This document shows, piece by piece, positions 9,309-19,172 of a stretch of DNA of 64,000 nucleotides. A program made the position numbers and the translations under genes. Under the pieces are notes generated by a model. The model made no database searches. It was given only the letters and a program-made list of their open reading frames with translations, and was not told the DNA's origin. The first letter of the stretch is position 1. Each line of letters begins with the position of its first letter. Source of the stretch: an uncultured Pseudomonadota bacterium (GTDB lineage Bacteria; Vulcanimicrobiota; Vulcanimicrobiia; Eremiobacterales; Eremiobacteraceae); the NCBI GenBank assembly GCA_963736005.1, contig CAVTNB010000001.1, forward strand, positions 1,696,001 to 1,760,000, in the 5' to 3' direction.

Positions 9309-10109
9309 GTGAAAGAGCAAGCCGAAATCGGAGTCTTTGGAGGCTCAGGCTTCTACTCGCTGCTGGAAAATCAGCGTGACGTCAAAGTTGAAACTCCCTA
9401 TGGCTCGCCCAGCGATGAGTTCGCACTCGGCGAGATCGCGGGCAAGCGCGTTGCTTTCTTACCGCGGCACGGGCGAGCGCACTCCCTGCCTCCTCACATG
9501 ATCAACTACCGCGCAAATCTCTGGGCGATGAAGGAACTCGGGGTGCAGCGCATCATCGGGCCATGCGCCTCTGGGTCGCTCAAGGCGAGCGTCAAGCCAG
9601 GTCACTTTGTCGTGTGCGATCAGCTGGTCGATCGCACGAATGGCCGCAAAGATACCTTCTACGATGGGCCAGTGACCACGCACGTTTCGTTCGCTTACCC
9701 ATATTGCTCGCAGTTGCGTCCCCTGGCAGTCCAGATCATCAAGGATGCGGGCATTGTCTGCCACGATCGCGGCACGGTGGTGACGATTCAGGGTCCGCGC
9801 TTTTCCACCGTGGCAGAGAGCCGCTGGTACTCGTCGCACGCCTGGGAAGTGATCAATATGACGCAGTATCCCGAGGCGTACTTGTCGCGCGAGCTGGAGA
9901 TGTGTTACGTCAATATCTCGCTCATCACCGACTTCGATGTGGGCCTTGAGGGGCAGGCCGGCATTGAGCCCGTGACCCATGAAGGCGTGATCGCTGTTTT
10001 CCAAGCTAACAACCAAAAAGTGAAGGCAGTCATCTTGGCCATGATCGAGCGGATGCCTCAGCAACGTGAGTGCGCGTGCGGCTCTGCTCTACAAGGGGCG
10101 CGCCTTTAG
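9309..10109 (+). CDS. mtnP: S-methyl-5'-thioadenosine phosphorylase
   Basis: GGSGFY, TPYG.PS, FLPRHG..H..PPH.INYRAN, GPRFST.AES and INMT motifs; GTG at 9309 after GGAG. Confidence 0.92.
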   Translation: MKEQAEIGVFGGSGFYSLLENQRDVKVETPYGSPSDEFALGEIAGKRVAFLPRHGRAHSLPPHMINYRANLWAMKELGVQRIIGPCASGSLKASVKPGHFVVCDQLVDRTNGRKDTFYDGPVTTHVSFAYPYCSQLRPLAVQIIKDAGIVCHDRGTVVTIQGPRFSTVAESRWYSSHAWEVINMTQYPEAYLSRELEMCYVNISLITDFDVGLEGQAGIEPVTHEGVIAVFQANNQKVKAVILAMIERMPQQRECACGSALQGARL

Positions 10110-10117
10110 TCAAAAAG

Positions 10118-10144
10118 GTCGCGAATAAATTCGCGACACTACAT
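10118..10144 (-). repeat. REP-like palindrome, family A
   Basis: GTCGCGAATAAATTCGCGACACTACAT between convergent genes. Confidence 0.85.
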
Positions 10145-10166
10145 AGCTAGGGCCGCTGAGCCTAGT

Positions 10167-11342
10167 TCAGTACTCCCATTGCGACTCTGGCACCACGTTG
10201 GGATTAACCACTGGCGGGGGCGTCTGATTGCCGGGGTAATCGAAGGTTGCGTTACCGCCACCATTCATTGTGACGTTGTTGGGAGTGTAAATTGCGCCGG
10301 TGAAATTCCCGTGCCCCCCGCCATTGATTGTCACGTCTGAATTGGCAACATAAAAGATGCCAACCGTCGTTGGCGTTCCGTGGAGCACGGTGCCGCCCGT
10401 CCCAAACACGTAGATAATATGCGTAAGGCTGACCGGTAGAGCCTGATAATCGGCATTGCCGCCGATGTTGACGTCGCCCATGACGACGGTCGTCGCGCAA
10501 TAGTTTGTGAGGCTGCCATTGCCGATAAGCGTGATGCTGCCACCAATGTAGGCGACGCAATTCGCACCATTGGAGCCAATCGTCCCACCGGTCACGCTGC
10601 CTGACGTGTAATAGTTCGCTCCGCCGCTTTGTGCTTGTTGTAGTGTGTTGCTTTGAATCGTCGCAAGCTGCGCTGAAGTCAGAAACGTCGGTGGCGTTGC
10701 GTTGATGTGGGCCACGTGGTCATAGCCGACGATGGCATTGCTCGTGCCGGTCGCATAAGAGTTGCCATCCGGAGTTTGGCCGCCACCACTGGAAGCGATT
10801 GTGCCGCAGCGGATATCAGCGCTGTGCTTGCCTGAAGTATCGGTTATCTGCTGGTGACTGATCTGGCCCGTCTTGCCGCAAGTAATCGCACCTGGAAGCA
10901 AATATGTCGGAGGACCGGGTATGACCATCTGCTCAACATACACCGTCCGCCCGCCCAAGATCGACGATGCCCAACCCGCAAGCAGCGCCTGGCCAGCCGG
11001 AACGTTGATTTTTGCTGATACCTTGGGATCTGGATCGTTCACGTTTGAGGCACCGCCTCCGTGCAATTGGTTTGACCAGATACTCCAATTGTACGTGTAG
11101 CCATTCACGACGCCACTGCCTGAAGTCGCCACCGAATTCCCATCGATGCTCCATTGGGCGACGTTGACGCCCGTCTCAGCCGCGTCAAAGGTCTGGTTTT
11201 TGGTCTGAACGCTCAGGGCATCGCTTGCAGAATACGAAGAATTCGACAACACTGCCACTGCAACGAGTAAGAGGATAACGACGAGGAACAAGGCGAGGAC
11301 CATCGACATGCCCCGTTGTCTGCGCGAGTTCGAAATCTGCAT
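10167..11342 (-). CDS. PilX-like minor pilin with large Gly/Thr/Asn-rich C-terminal domain
   Basis: RQRG|MSMVLAL prepilin site lacking Glu5; FDAAETG PilX_N motif; ends in SQWEY. Confidence 0.75.
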   Translation of the reverse strand: MQISNSRRQRGMSMVLALFLVVILLLVAVAVLSNSSYSASDALSVQTKNQTFDAAETGVNVAQWSIDGNSVATSGSGVVNGYTYNWSIWSNQLHGGGASNVNDPDPKVSAKINVPAGQALLAGWASSILGGRTVYVEQMVIPGPPTYLLPGAITCGKTGQISHQQITDTSGKHSADIRCGTIASSGGGQTPDGNSYATGTSNAIVGYDHVAHINATPPTFLTSAQLATIQSNTLQQAQSGGANYYTSGSVTGGTIGSNGANCVAYIGGSITLIGNGSLTNYCATTVVMGDVNIGGNADYQALPVSLTHIIYVFGTGGTVLHGTPTTVGIFYVANSDVTINGGGHGNFTGAIYTPNNVTMNGGGNATFDYPGNQTPPPVVNPNVVPESQWEY

Positions 11343-11349
11343 ATCGCCT

Positions 11350-11997
11350 CTAGTTTCTCGTTTCTATATCGGTCTGGTAGGTCGTTTCATTCAGGGCGCC
11401 GTTGACGGTACTCTGCGCCTGCATCTGAAAAGTCACTTTGCGTCCAGGCGCAGGAGCGGAGAGCGAAAGCCGCTCAACGAAACGCGCAAGCTGCATACCG
11501 CCGCGAGCAGTTACATCGATCACCGCGTTTTGAGCGTCTACTGAGTTCAACAAGCGATCCGTGGTATACGTGCTCGGTTGATCAAACGCAACGTTGAGAT
11601 TGCCGACCGCATCCACCCAATAGACCGTTGCGCCTTGCCAATCTGGCTTAGCCACTGCGTCCAATTGGAACGGTCCAGTTCCCGACAAATAGGCACTCGA
11701 CATGACAATGGCTGACGTACTGGAGAGCGTCGGTCCAGGAGTAGCGCACGCTGGCGACGCGCCGGTCGTGCACGCGTAAATAGAACCAACGTCAGTATTT
11801 CGCAGGTCACGCTGAACGCGGTAGAGCGCCATCGCCGCCGCCTGAACGGTATCTACTTTTGCCTGGGTTTGGTCTTGGGAGCGCAGCAGTGGACCAATGA
11901 TGAACGCGATCGCGCTCATGATCAATCCCAAGACAAAGATCGTCGACAACATCTCGGCAATTGTATATCCTCGTTGCGCGGCGCTACTTCGTGACAT
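11350..11997 (-). CDS. PilW/PulJ-like minor pilin
   Basis: QRG|YTIAEML prepilin motif, hydrophobic helix, RDLR motif. Confidence 0.8.
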   Translation of the reverse strand: MSRSSAAQRGYTIAEMLSTIFVLGLIMSAIAFIIGPLLRSQDQTQAKVDTVQAAAMALYRVQRDLRNTDVGSIYACTTGASPACATPGPTLSSTSAIVMSSAYLSGTGPFQLDAVAKPDWQGATVYWVDAVGNLNVAFDQPSTYTTDRLLNSVDAQNAVIDVTARGGMQLARFVERLSLSAPAPGRKVTFQMQAQSTVNGALNETTYQTDIETRN

Positions 11998-12421
11998 AGC
12001 TTTGCACGGTAACAGATCGAGGTGCGTTTACTTCTGTCCAGGAAACGATAACAGAGCACAAGTAGACGTTGGCACCGCTGGTGCCGGTGAACTGCTTCGT
12101 TGAACACCCATCCGGCGTCACAGCGAAGTTACCGTAGTTTGAATTGTTTTGCCCGTTGGCCATGAATGACTGGCCCGCATCAATGGGAACTGTTGTCGCC
12201 GAGGGCATTGCATTTGCTTGGAGCAAAGCGTCATGTTCGTCGTCCAGGTATTGTTGGGCGACTGCAACTGCCTGCACGTGAATCGCATTCGTCTGGACGC
12301 TGTTAAACCCAAACGGAACCACCGAGAGCATTGCCAAAATAGCGAGAAGCAAGACGATCATCGCGATCATCGTTTCAATAAGGGTGAAGCCACGTTCTCG
12401 TTTGCTTGAGCGACGACGCAT
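11984..12421 (-). CDS. PilV/PulI-like minor pilin
   Basis: ERG|FTLIETMIAM prepilin motif; C-terminal V.VSW. Confidence 0.82.
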   Translation of the reverse strand: MRRRSSKRERGFTLIETMIAMIVLLLAILAMLSVVPFGFNSVQTNAIHVQAVAVAQQYLDDEHDALLQANAMPSATTVPIDAGQSFMANGQNNSNYGNFAVTPDGCSTKQFTGTSGANVYLCSVIVSWTEVNAPRSVTVQSYVTK

Positions 12422-12565
12422 ACTTATAGTCTAACCTTTTCTCTGTGCGTGCGAAAGGCAAGCGACCACTTTCATCTTAGGTCCGAACGTAGATGCACGC
12501 TATGAGCAGTGCGCTAGGTCACACTGGGACCCTTGGTCGTGCATGTCATATGCGATGGTTCGTGG

Positions 12566-13654
12566 TTAAACGGAGCGGAGCTGGACTTGGAGCCAGCCCA
12601 ACACGTTTACTGGAGGAATGTTCGTCTCGTCTGCAATGCGCGCCGCCTCGTTCACCGCAGACAACGCCACGATGAGCCGTGTGGCTGCGTCGGAACCAAG
12701 TGCTTGCGCTGCCGTCCGATACGTGCGAAGCGATTCTCTGTCAAGGACCTGATCCTCGGTTCCAAGCGCAACCATAAGGACGTCTCGCACAGCCAGCCGG
12801 GCACCGCGCAGCACCTCGACGATCTCGGCCCGTGCGTTGTCCTTTGAGAGCTCAGGTATGGTGGATATCGCACGCGGGGTGCGCAGGCACGCTAGCGCCC
12901 AGTCTCGCGAAGCCTGAGAGAGCGAATCGCCCACTTCATCGAGCGCAGCGATCGCATCGCCGAGGCTACCTTGCGCCTTGCGAGCCAGCAAACGCGCACG
13001 CTCGCCCTCGACTTCATGATGCGCAACCAGCGAGTCAGCAATCTCTGACTCTGACAGCGCGTTGAAGCGCAGGCTGGTGGTGCGCGAGCGGATGGTCGGC
13101 AAGACTTTGTCGGGTCGCTCGGCGGTCAACAAAAAGAGCTTGCCGGGATTTGGCTCTTCGAGCTCTTTGAGCAGCGCGTTGTAGACCGCATCGTTGGTCA
13201 CGAAATCGAAATTTGGAATGATGCAGATCATCCTTCCGCCTTCGTAGCTGTGCATCTGCATGAGCGTAATGATGCGGCGAGACGTTTCAATTCCCATGAC
13301 GTCGGTTTTGCGCTCGATGCTCTTGCCGGCCAGCCGGTCGGCTTCCCGGATGAATTCCTCGCTGATGACGATCGTATCCCCGGAGGACCCCGCAAGCGCG
13401 CGCTGGCAGGGGCCGCACTCGCCGCAAAAGCCCAGCGGGAAACTGCGCGGCCGCTCGCAATGCAGCGTCATCGCGAGCATCTTCGCAAACGTGAGCTTGC
13501 CGACGCCGCGTTGACCCCAAAAGAGATATGCTTGGGCGAGCTTATTCGGACCAACGCGGGTGAAATAGTCAATCACCGCCGGCTGACCGACAAACGGCGC
13601 GAGCGGCTTCGGCCGCGATGGTTCCTGGGGCTTGGGTTCCTTCGTCTTAGCCAT
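12566..13654 (-). CDS. holB: DNA polymerase III delta' subunit
   Basis: AYLFWG..GVGK, Zn module CGECGPC, NALLKELEEP, LPTIRSR; downstream of tmk. Confidence 0.88.
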   Translation of the reverse strand: MAKTKEPKPQEPSRPKPLAPFVGQPAVIDYFTRVGPNKLAQAYLFWGQRGVGKLTFAKMLAMTLHCERPRSFPLGFCGECGPCQRALAGSSGDTIVISEEFIREADRLAGKSIERKTDVMGIETSRRIITLMQMHSYEGGRMICIIPNFDFVTNDAVYNALLKELEEPNPGKLFLLTAERPDKVLPTIRSRTTSLRFNALSESEIADSLVAHHEVEGERARLLARKAQGSLGDAIAALDEVGDSLSQASRDWALACLRTPRAISTIPELSKDNARAEIVEVLRGARLAVRDVLMVALGTEDQVLDRESLRTYRTAAQALGSDAATRLIVALSAVNEAARIADETNIPPVNVLGWLQVQLRSV

Positions 13655-14267
13655 GCCAGCGCGAGAGCACCTCGGTGCGAATCTTCACGGCGAGCTCCTC
13701 CTCGGGCAGCGTGCCGTCCACGACGACAAAGCGCTCGGGCTCGACGGCCGCGAGTTTGCGATACCCTTGGGCAACTCGCTCGTGGAAATTGTTCGCTTCA
13801 CCTTCAAGCCGGTCGGCGCTGCGCCCCCGCAGGCGTTGCCGAGAAACATCAAGTGGAACGTGCAACAGGAAGGTGACGTCGGGGCTCAAGCGCCGCGCCG
13901 CAAACATCGTCAGGTACATCAAGGAATCAATTGGGAGACCTCTGCCGTATCCCTGATAGGCGATCGTCGCATCCCAAAAGCGGTCGCAAACGACAAGCCG
14001 GCCTTCTTGTAGGGCGGGCTCGATCACCTTGTCGACGAGTTCTGCCCGCGAGGCGCAGAGCAGCAAGGCTTCGGTTTCCCTTGACATCTGACCCAGCGGA
14101 TCGATGAGGAGCTCGCGAACGCGCTCGCCGAGCGGCGTGCCGCCCGGCTCGCGGGTGAATACAAACGGAATGGTAGTTTCTTCCAGCGCTTTGTGCAGCA
14201 GTCGAACCTGCGTCGACTTGCCCGCACCCTCGATGCCTTCGAAGGTAACGAACAGCCCGCCCTTTAT
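13647..14267 (-). CDS. tmk: Thymidylate kinase (apparent ATA start)
   Basis: In-frame FVTFEGIEGAGKSTQ and TREPGGT upstream of the listed ORF; CDRF...AYQG; AGGAGG 7 nt before ATA at 14267. Confidence 0.92.
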   Translation of the reverse strand: MKGGLFVTFEGIEGAGKSTQVRLLHKALEETTIPFVFTREPGGTPLGERVRELLIDPLGQMSRETEALLLCASRAELVDKVIEPALQEGRLVVCDRFWDATIAYQGYGRGLPIDSLMYLTMFAARRLSPDVTFLLHVPLDVSRQRLRGRSADRLEGEANNFHERVAQGYRKLAAVEPERFVVVDGTLPEEELAVKIRTEVLSRWHG

Positions 14268-15845
14268 CGAGCCGCCTCCTGAAAGACACGCACCCGACGA
14301 TTAGGTTCAATGCCGGTCGAGCGAGACTGCAAATTGTATTTCTCCACGAGTTGATGCTGCAGGCGGCGGATATACGACGATTGCGGCGAGAGCTCCACGG
14401 GCTTGTGGTGGAGCATGACTTGATAGGTCGCTTCCTCCGCCTCGCGAAGGGCGACCTCTTCTTCGTCGCCCGATGGCATGTCGTAGAGGTCCTTCAAGCA
14501 ATTCTGGATCTGCGCCGTGGTGTTTGTCTTGATTGCATAAATGGGAACGTTCTGGGCCGCGATGTCTCGCAGCTTTCCGTTGTCGCGGCGCTCGAGCGCC
14601 TTGAGGGTCAGCACGACGTCGGCATCATCCCACTTTCGGGCGACCGCCGCCGGGACGCGAAGGTTATTGATAGCCCGCTCGATCTTTGCGCGGCTCACGC
14701 CGTACGGAAAGATGCGAACGATGTCACCCGATTCCTCTTCGCTCTCGCCGTCGGCAAATGCCGCCTCGCGTTCGTAGACTTGGCGACGTGCAGGGCGCGT
14801 AGCGCGTCTGCACCGTTTGTTTTTCGGCTTGTTGGAACACTTCGACGCCGCCCGAGGCATTGCGAACTCGCACTTCAGGCCGCGGCTGTTGGCCGCGCAG
14901 CATGGCGTCCACCACTTCGTCGATGGGCGCGTGAATGGCCAGGCGATTGCGGTCTTGTATTTCGATGACCACGTCAAACGTCGGCGAGGCCTTGCGCTCG
15001 AGCACGGTCTTGCGCGTGCCGCGACGGCGCGCTTCTTCATCGGAGAGCGTTACCGCACCGATGCCGCCGATGAGATCGCATAACGTCGGATTCATGAGCA
15101 GGCTCTCAAGATCGATGCCATGTGCGGTGCCGATCAGCTGAACACCCCGCTCAGCGATCGTCCGCGCCGCGATCGCTTCGGCTTCTGTGCCGATCTCATC
15201 GATGACGACGACTTCGGGCATGTGATTTTCGACCGCTTCGATCATAACTGCGTGCTGGTTCGCGGGCATGTCGACTTGCAATCGTCGCGCGTGCCCGATG
15301 CCGGCATGAGGAACATCGCCGTCTCCCGCGATCTCGTTGCTCGTGTCCACGACGACCACGCGCTTTCGAAGATCTCCTGAGAGGACGCGCGCAACCTCGC
15401 GCAGCATGGTCGTCTTGCCGACGCCCGGTTTGCCCAGCAACAGCAAAGATTTTCCCGAACGCACCACATCAAGGATGATGTCGATCGTCCCATACACGGC
15501 TCGACCGACTCGACAGGTCAACCCCACGATCTTGCCGCCTCGGTTGCGCAGGCATGAGATGCGGTGCAGCGTTTTTTCAATGCCCGCTCGGTTGTCTTTG
15601 CCAAATTCGCCAACCCTGCTGGTCACGTGCGCGATGTCTTCCGGCGTGACCGGCACGTCTGCTAGGTAGCCAAAGTCACGCGGGAACCTCGCCTCGGGCA
15701 GTCTGCCCAAGTCCAAGATGACCTCGATGAGTTGGTCGAGGTGGGGAAGACGCGTCAGCGCTTGGCAGATATTTGGCGGGAAGATGTCGAGGAGGGCTGC
15801 TAGTTCCCAGTCGCTCGATTGAGTCTGGGCAAGGTCCTCTTTCAA
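14264..15845 (-). pseudogene. Ycf45/SpoIIIAA-like AAA ATPase with C-terminal R3H domain, split by a 1-nt frameshift near 14793 (mutation or sequencing error)
   Basis: GKPGVGKTT, VDTSNEI, DEIG and GTAHG in ORF 14724-15845; R3H motif RRLQH and EPNRRV in the other frame (14264-15040). Confidence 0.75.
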
Positions 15846-15867
15846 AAAATCGTCACCTCAGTGGACG

Positions 15868-17361
15868 TTAGGATTGGAGCACGCGAATCCTTCGCAGCTT
15901 TGCGTCAGCCGGACCCTGCATGTGGACCCCAGCCTTCAATTCGAGCCGCACGTAGTTAATGATGTTTGGTGTTATTCTCTCTCCCGGGCATAGAATCGGT
16001 ATCCCGGGGGGATAGGGCGTCACCACCTCAGCGCAAACTTTACCAGCACTTTTCCCAAATGGAATTTCGACGTGGTCGGCGAGAAAGGCCTCCCGCGGCG
16101 TGACAACTTGTTCGGGTATCTTGGGGAGCTCGTACGTTCCCTGCTTCAAACGTCGCTCGAGGATGCCGGTGGGAGCGTAGATGTCGATTGGCCGCTTTTC
16201 ACGAGCCAGCTCTGCAACGGCCTTGACCAGCCGGTCGATGCTCTTCTTGCGGTCGCCAATCGTGACGAGCGCGACGACGTTGAACAGATCGGCAAGCTCC
16301 ACTTGGACATTGTAGCGCAGACGGAGGATTTGTTCGGCCTCATAGCCGGTGTAGCCGAGGTCCTTCACGGTGATGACGATGCGGGTTTCGTCGTAACCAG
16401 CGATGCCAGGCTTGCCAACGTGGTCGGTGCCCATGCAGTAGACGCCGGGGATTGCGTTGAGCCGCCGCCGCGCATCGCGCGCCAAGGCAAGCGTTTGCGT
16501 GAGGAGTTCCTCGCCTTGAGTCGACATTTGCATCCGGGCGACATCAAGTGACGCCAGCATGACAAGCGAAGGGCTGGTGCTTTGAAAAAGTCGCAAGGTG
16601 CTTCGCAGCCGCCCTTGATCGATGCGCTCGCCACATGTGTGCAACATGGATCCCTGGCTCATGCCACCGAGTAGCTTGTGTGTGGAGTTGACGCACACGT
16701 CTGCTCCGACTGAGGTCGCAGACGGCGGAAGCTCGGGATGAAAGTGCAAATGCGGGCCCCAGGCTTCGTCCACAAGCAGCAGCTTGCCACGCGCGTGGAC
16801 GATGCGTTCGATTGCAAGAAGGTCGGCCGTCGCCCCGTAGTAGGTTGGGCTCGTGATGAAGACCGCGCGGGCATCGGGGTGCTGCTGGAGCGCTGCTTCG
16901 ACGGTCGCCGGCGTGACGCAATGATCGATGTGCAGCGCCTGGTCGACCTCCGGCTGCATGTACACAGGTCTGGTCCCGCTCATGATCAACGCGCTCGTCG
17001 CAGATTTGTGGCTATTGCGCGGCAAGAGGACGGTATCACCAGGCCGTAGCGCGGTCATGAGCATCGCCTGATTGCCCGCCGTCGAGCCATTGACAAGAAA
17101 GTACGAGTAATCCGCGCCGTAAGCCGCCGCGGCAAGGGCGTGCGCTTCCCGAATCGGACCTTCCGGTGCATTGAGATCGTCCAGCCCGCGAATCTGCGTC
17201 AGATCGATGGAGAGAACGTTGTCCCCAATGAAATCGCGCAACCGTCGGTGCATGCCGACGCCGTGCTTGTGCCCGGGCGTGTGGAATGACACGGTGCCCG
17301 ATCGAACGTAATCTTGTAACGCTTCAAAATATGGGGTTTTGTGCTGATCTAACCCGCTCAC
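15868..17361 (-). CDS. PLP-dependent Orn/Lys/Arg decarboxylase (YaaO/SpeA-like)
   Basis: FHTPGHK, VNGST, RNSHKS, DEAWG, STHK (PLP lysine), STSPS and YPPGIP motifs. Confidence 0.92.
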   Translation of the reverse strand: MSGLDQHKTPYFEALQDYVRSGTVSFHTPGHKHGVGMHRRLRDFIGDNVLSIDLTQIRGLDDLNAPEGPIREAHALAAAAYGADYSYFLVNGSTAGNQAMLMTALRPGDTVLLPRNSHKSATSALIMSGTRPVYMQPEVDQALHIDHCVTPATVEAALQQHPDARAVFITSPTYYGATADLLAIERIVHARGKLLLVDEAWGPHLHFHPELPPSATSVGADVCVNSTHKLLGGMSQGSMLHTCGERIDQGRLRSTLRLFQSTSPSLVMLASLDVARMQMSTQGEELLTQTLALARDARRRLNAIPGVYCMGTDHVGKPGIAGYDETRIVITVKDLGYTGYEAEQILRLRYNVQVELADLFNVVALVTIGDRKKSIDRLVKAVAELAREKRPIDIYAPTGILERRLKQGTYELPKIPEQVVTPREAFLADHVEIPFGKSAGKVCAEVVTPYPPGIPILCPGERITPNIINYVRLELKAGVHMQGPADAKLRRIRVLQS

Positions 17362-17372
17362 TAAACTCTCCC

Positions 17373-17400
17373 ATGTAGCGAATGAAGTTCGCGACTACAT
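17373..17400. repeat. Degenerate REP family A with inverted ATGTAG/CTACAT ends
   Basis: ATGTAG-CGAATGAAGTTCGCGA-CTACAT. Confidence 0.7.
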
Positions 17401-17541
17401 TGGAGGCGAGTTTAAGGGAATTCCCAAAAGCGCGAGCACGGCGCGAGGAGGCTGTAACTAGCATGGGCATAGCGATCTTCGGCCATCACAACGGCTAGTT
17501 TGGCGGGCGAACCTGGTTACCTTCGCCTGGGAGTTCGGGAA

Positions 17542-18498
17542 ATGAAGGCTTTACGAATTGGCGATGCGGGCGAGCTCGCCATCGTTGACGTGGCAAAACC
17601 AAAGCCAAAGCCGAAAGAGGCGCTGGTGCGAATTTTGGCTGCAGGCCTCAATCGCGCCGATGTTTCACAGCGGCGTGGCAAGTATCAGGCGCCGCCGGAC
17701 GTGCCGGCCGACATCCCTGGTTTGGAATTTGCGGGCGTGATCGAGGAGGCAGCCACACGCTTGCAGCCGGGCCAACGCGTTTTTGGCTTGACCGGTGGTG
17801 GAGCGCAAGCCGAATATATCGCGATTCCTGAGGATCTGCTCCTCGCCGTGCCTGATGGTATCAGCGACATTGAAGCGGGAGCAATTCCTGAAGCCTACGT
17901 CACTGTGCATGATGCCCTCTTCACCCAGGCCGCGTTGCGACGCGGTGAGCGTCTGTTGGTTCATGCCATTGCGTCGGGGGTTGGCTTGGCAGCGCTACAG
18001 GTCGCCAAGGCGTTTGGTTGCGAGGTTTACGGCACGTCGCGCAGCCCTGAAAAACTGGAGCGAGTGCGCTCGATGGGCATAGACCTTGCGTGTGGTCCCG
18101 ACGAGTTTGAGCAGCGCATTGGCAGCGCGACCCATGGCGAAGGCGTCAACGTCATCCTCGATCCTGTGGGTGGCGCTTATTTCAAGTCCAACTGCAATGT
18201 GCTCGCGACGTGCGGACGCTTGGTGATTCTTTCCACCATGGGCGGATCAAATGTTGAGATGTCTTTAGCCTTGTTGATGACCAAGCGGCTGCGTGTCTTT
18301 GGCACGATGCTGCGCAATCGCTCCCTTGAGGAAAAAACTGCCGCAATGCGCGCATTTGCGCGTGACCTCATGCCGCTCGTTGAATCAGGGCAGCTCAAGC
18401 CAGTCATCGCTGCGACCTACCCGCTCGAGCGCGCCACCGAAGCGTACGAGATGATGGAGCGCAACCGCAACGTCGGTAAGATCGTTCTCGTGTTGTAG
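17542..18498 (+). CDS. NAD(P)H-quinone oxidoreductase (MDR superfamily)
   Basis: AGLNRAD..QR.G.Y, PGLEFAG, ASGVG and GKIVL motifs. Confidence 0.9.
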   Translation: MKALRIGDAGELAIVDVAKPKPKPKEALVRILAAGLNRADVSQRRGKYQAPPDVPADIPGLEFAGVIEEAATRLQPGQRVFGLTGGGAQAEYIAIPEDLLLAVPDGISDIEAGAIPEAYVTVHDALFTQAALRRGERLLVHAIASGVGLAALQVAKAFGCEVYGTSRSPEKLERVRSMGIDLACGPDEFEQRIGSATHGEGVNVILDPVGGAYFKSNCNVLATCGRLVILSTMGGSNVEMSLALLMTKRLRVFGTMLRNRSLEEKTAAMRAFARDLMPLVESGQLKPVIAATYPLERATEAYEMMERNRNVGKIVLVL

Positions 18499-18546
18499 GG
18501 GGGATTGGAAATCGCGTGTTGTAGGGGGCGATTGGAAAATCGCCCC
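18489..18546 (+). repeat. Tandem pair of GTAG REP-like units (family B-like)
   Basis: CGTGTTGTAGGGGG(G/C)GATTGGAAA(A)TCGC twice; the second forms a GGGGCGATT/AATCGCCCC hairpin. Confidence 0.75.
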
Positions 18547-19119
18547 TTAGTGCAAGCGCGTGGGCGTTGGGCTTGGTGATGGCGCAATCACGCTTTCCAT
18601 GTCGTAATTCATTGCGGTCATCGAGAAGCGTCGCAGGCGCGCGCGAGCTTCAGGCTCTGGACCTGTCTTCAATTCCTTTGGGTTCTTCCAAATCGTGCCG
18701 TCGGCGAACTTCACCGCCAGGACTTCGAAGCTGACGTGATCGACGCTGTGATACGAGAACGGAGGATGAAACGCCCAGACTGCTCCATCGGAATCACCGT
18801 TGCCAAGATTCGCATTTTCAATGATGGGCACGGAAAGCAGCACGTCGCCAAACGCATCCATGACGTTGGTTTGCATCTTGAGGGCGACCGTGCGCCGCTG
18901 CCCTTGATTTGTCACCTTGAACGTCACCAAGTACCAGTTGCGCTCATGCTCGTAGAGCGGACCCGCGGTGACGCAGTCCCATTGAAAGGGCAGGTCGGGC
19001 GGCGTGAAAACCATATTTCGCGGCTGATGCGCAATACAATTGGCCAGAGCTGCTTTGCCGAGCAGAGCGATGACTCCGATTGCCAGGAGCGCAAAAAGCG
19101 GCGAACTTAGATGTCTCAT
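18547..19119 (-). CDS. Hypothetical exported protein
   Basis: GGAGGT RBS, signal peptide, D.FG and VKFADGTIW motifs, PSPSPTPT tail. Confidence 0.65.
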   Translation of the reverse strand: MRHLSSPLFALLAIGVIALLGKAALANCIAHQPRNMVFTPPDLPFQWDCVTAGPLYEHERNWYLVTFKVTNQGQRRTVALKMQTNVMDAFGDVLLSVPIIENANLGNGDSDGAVWAFHPPFSYHSVDHVSFEVLAVKFADGTIWKNPKELKTGPEPEARARLRRFSMTAMNYDMESVIAPSPSPTPTRLH

Positions 19120-19172
19120 CAGGCAGACCTCCGATGGATTGCGTTTCGGTGAGCAGACATGAAGCTCCGCTG

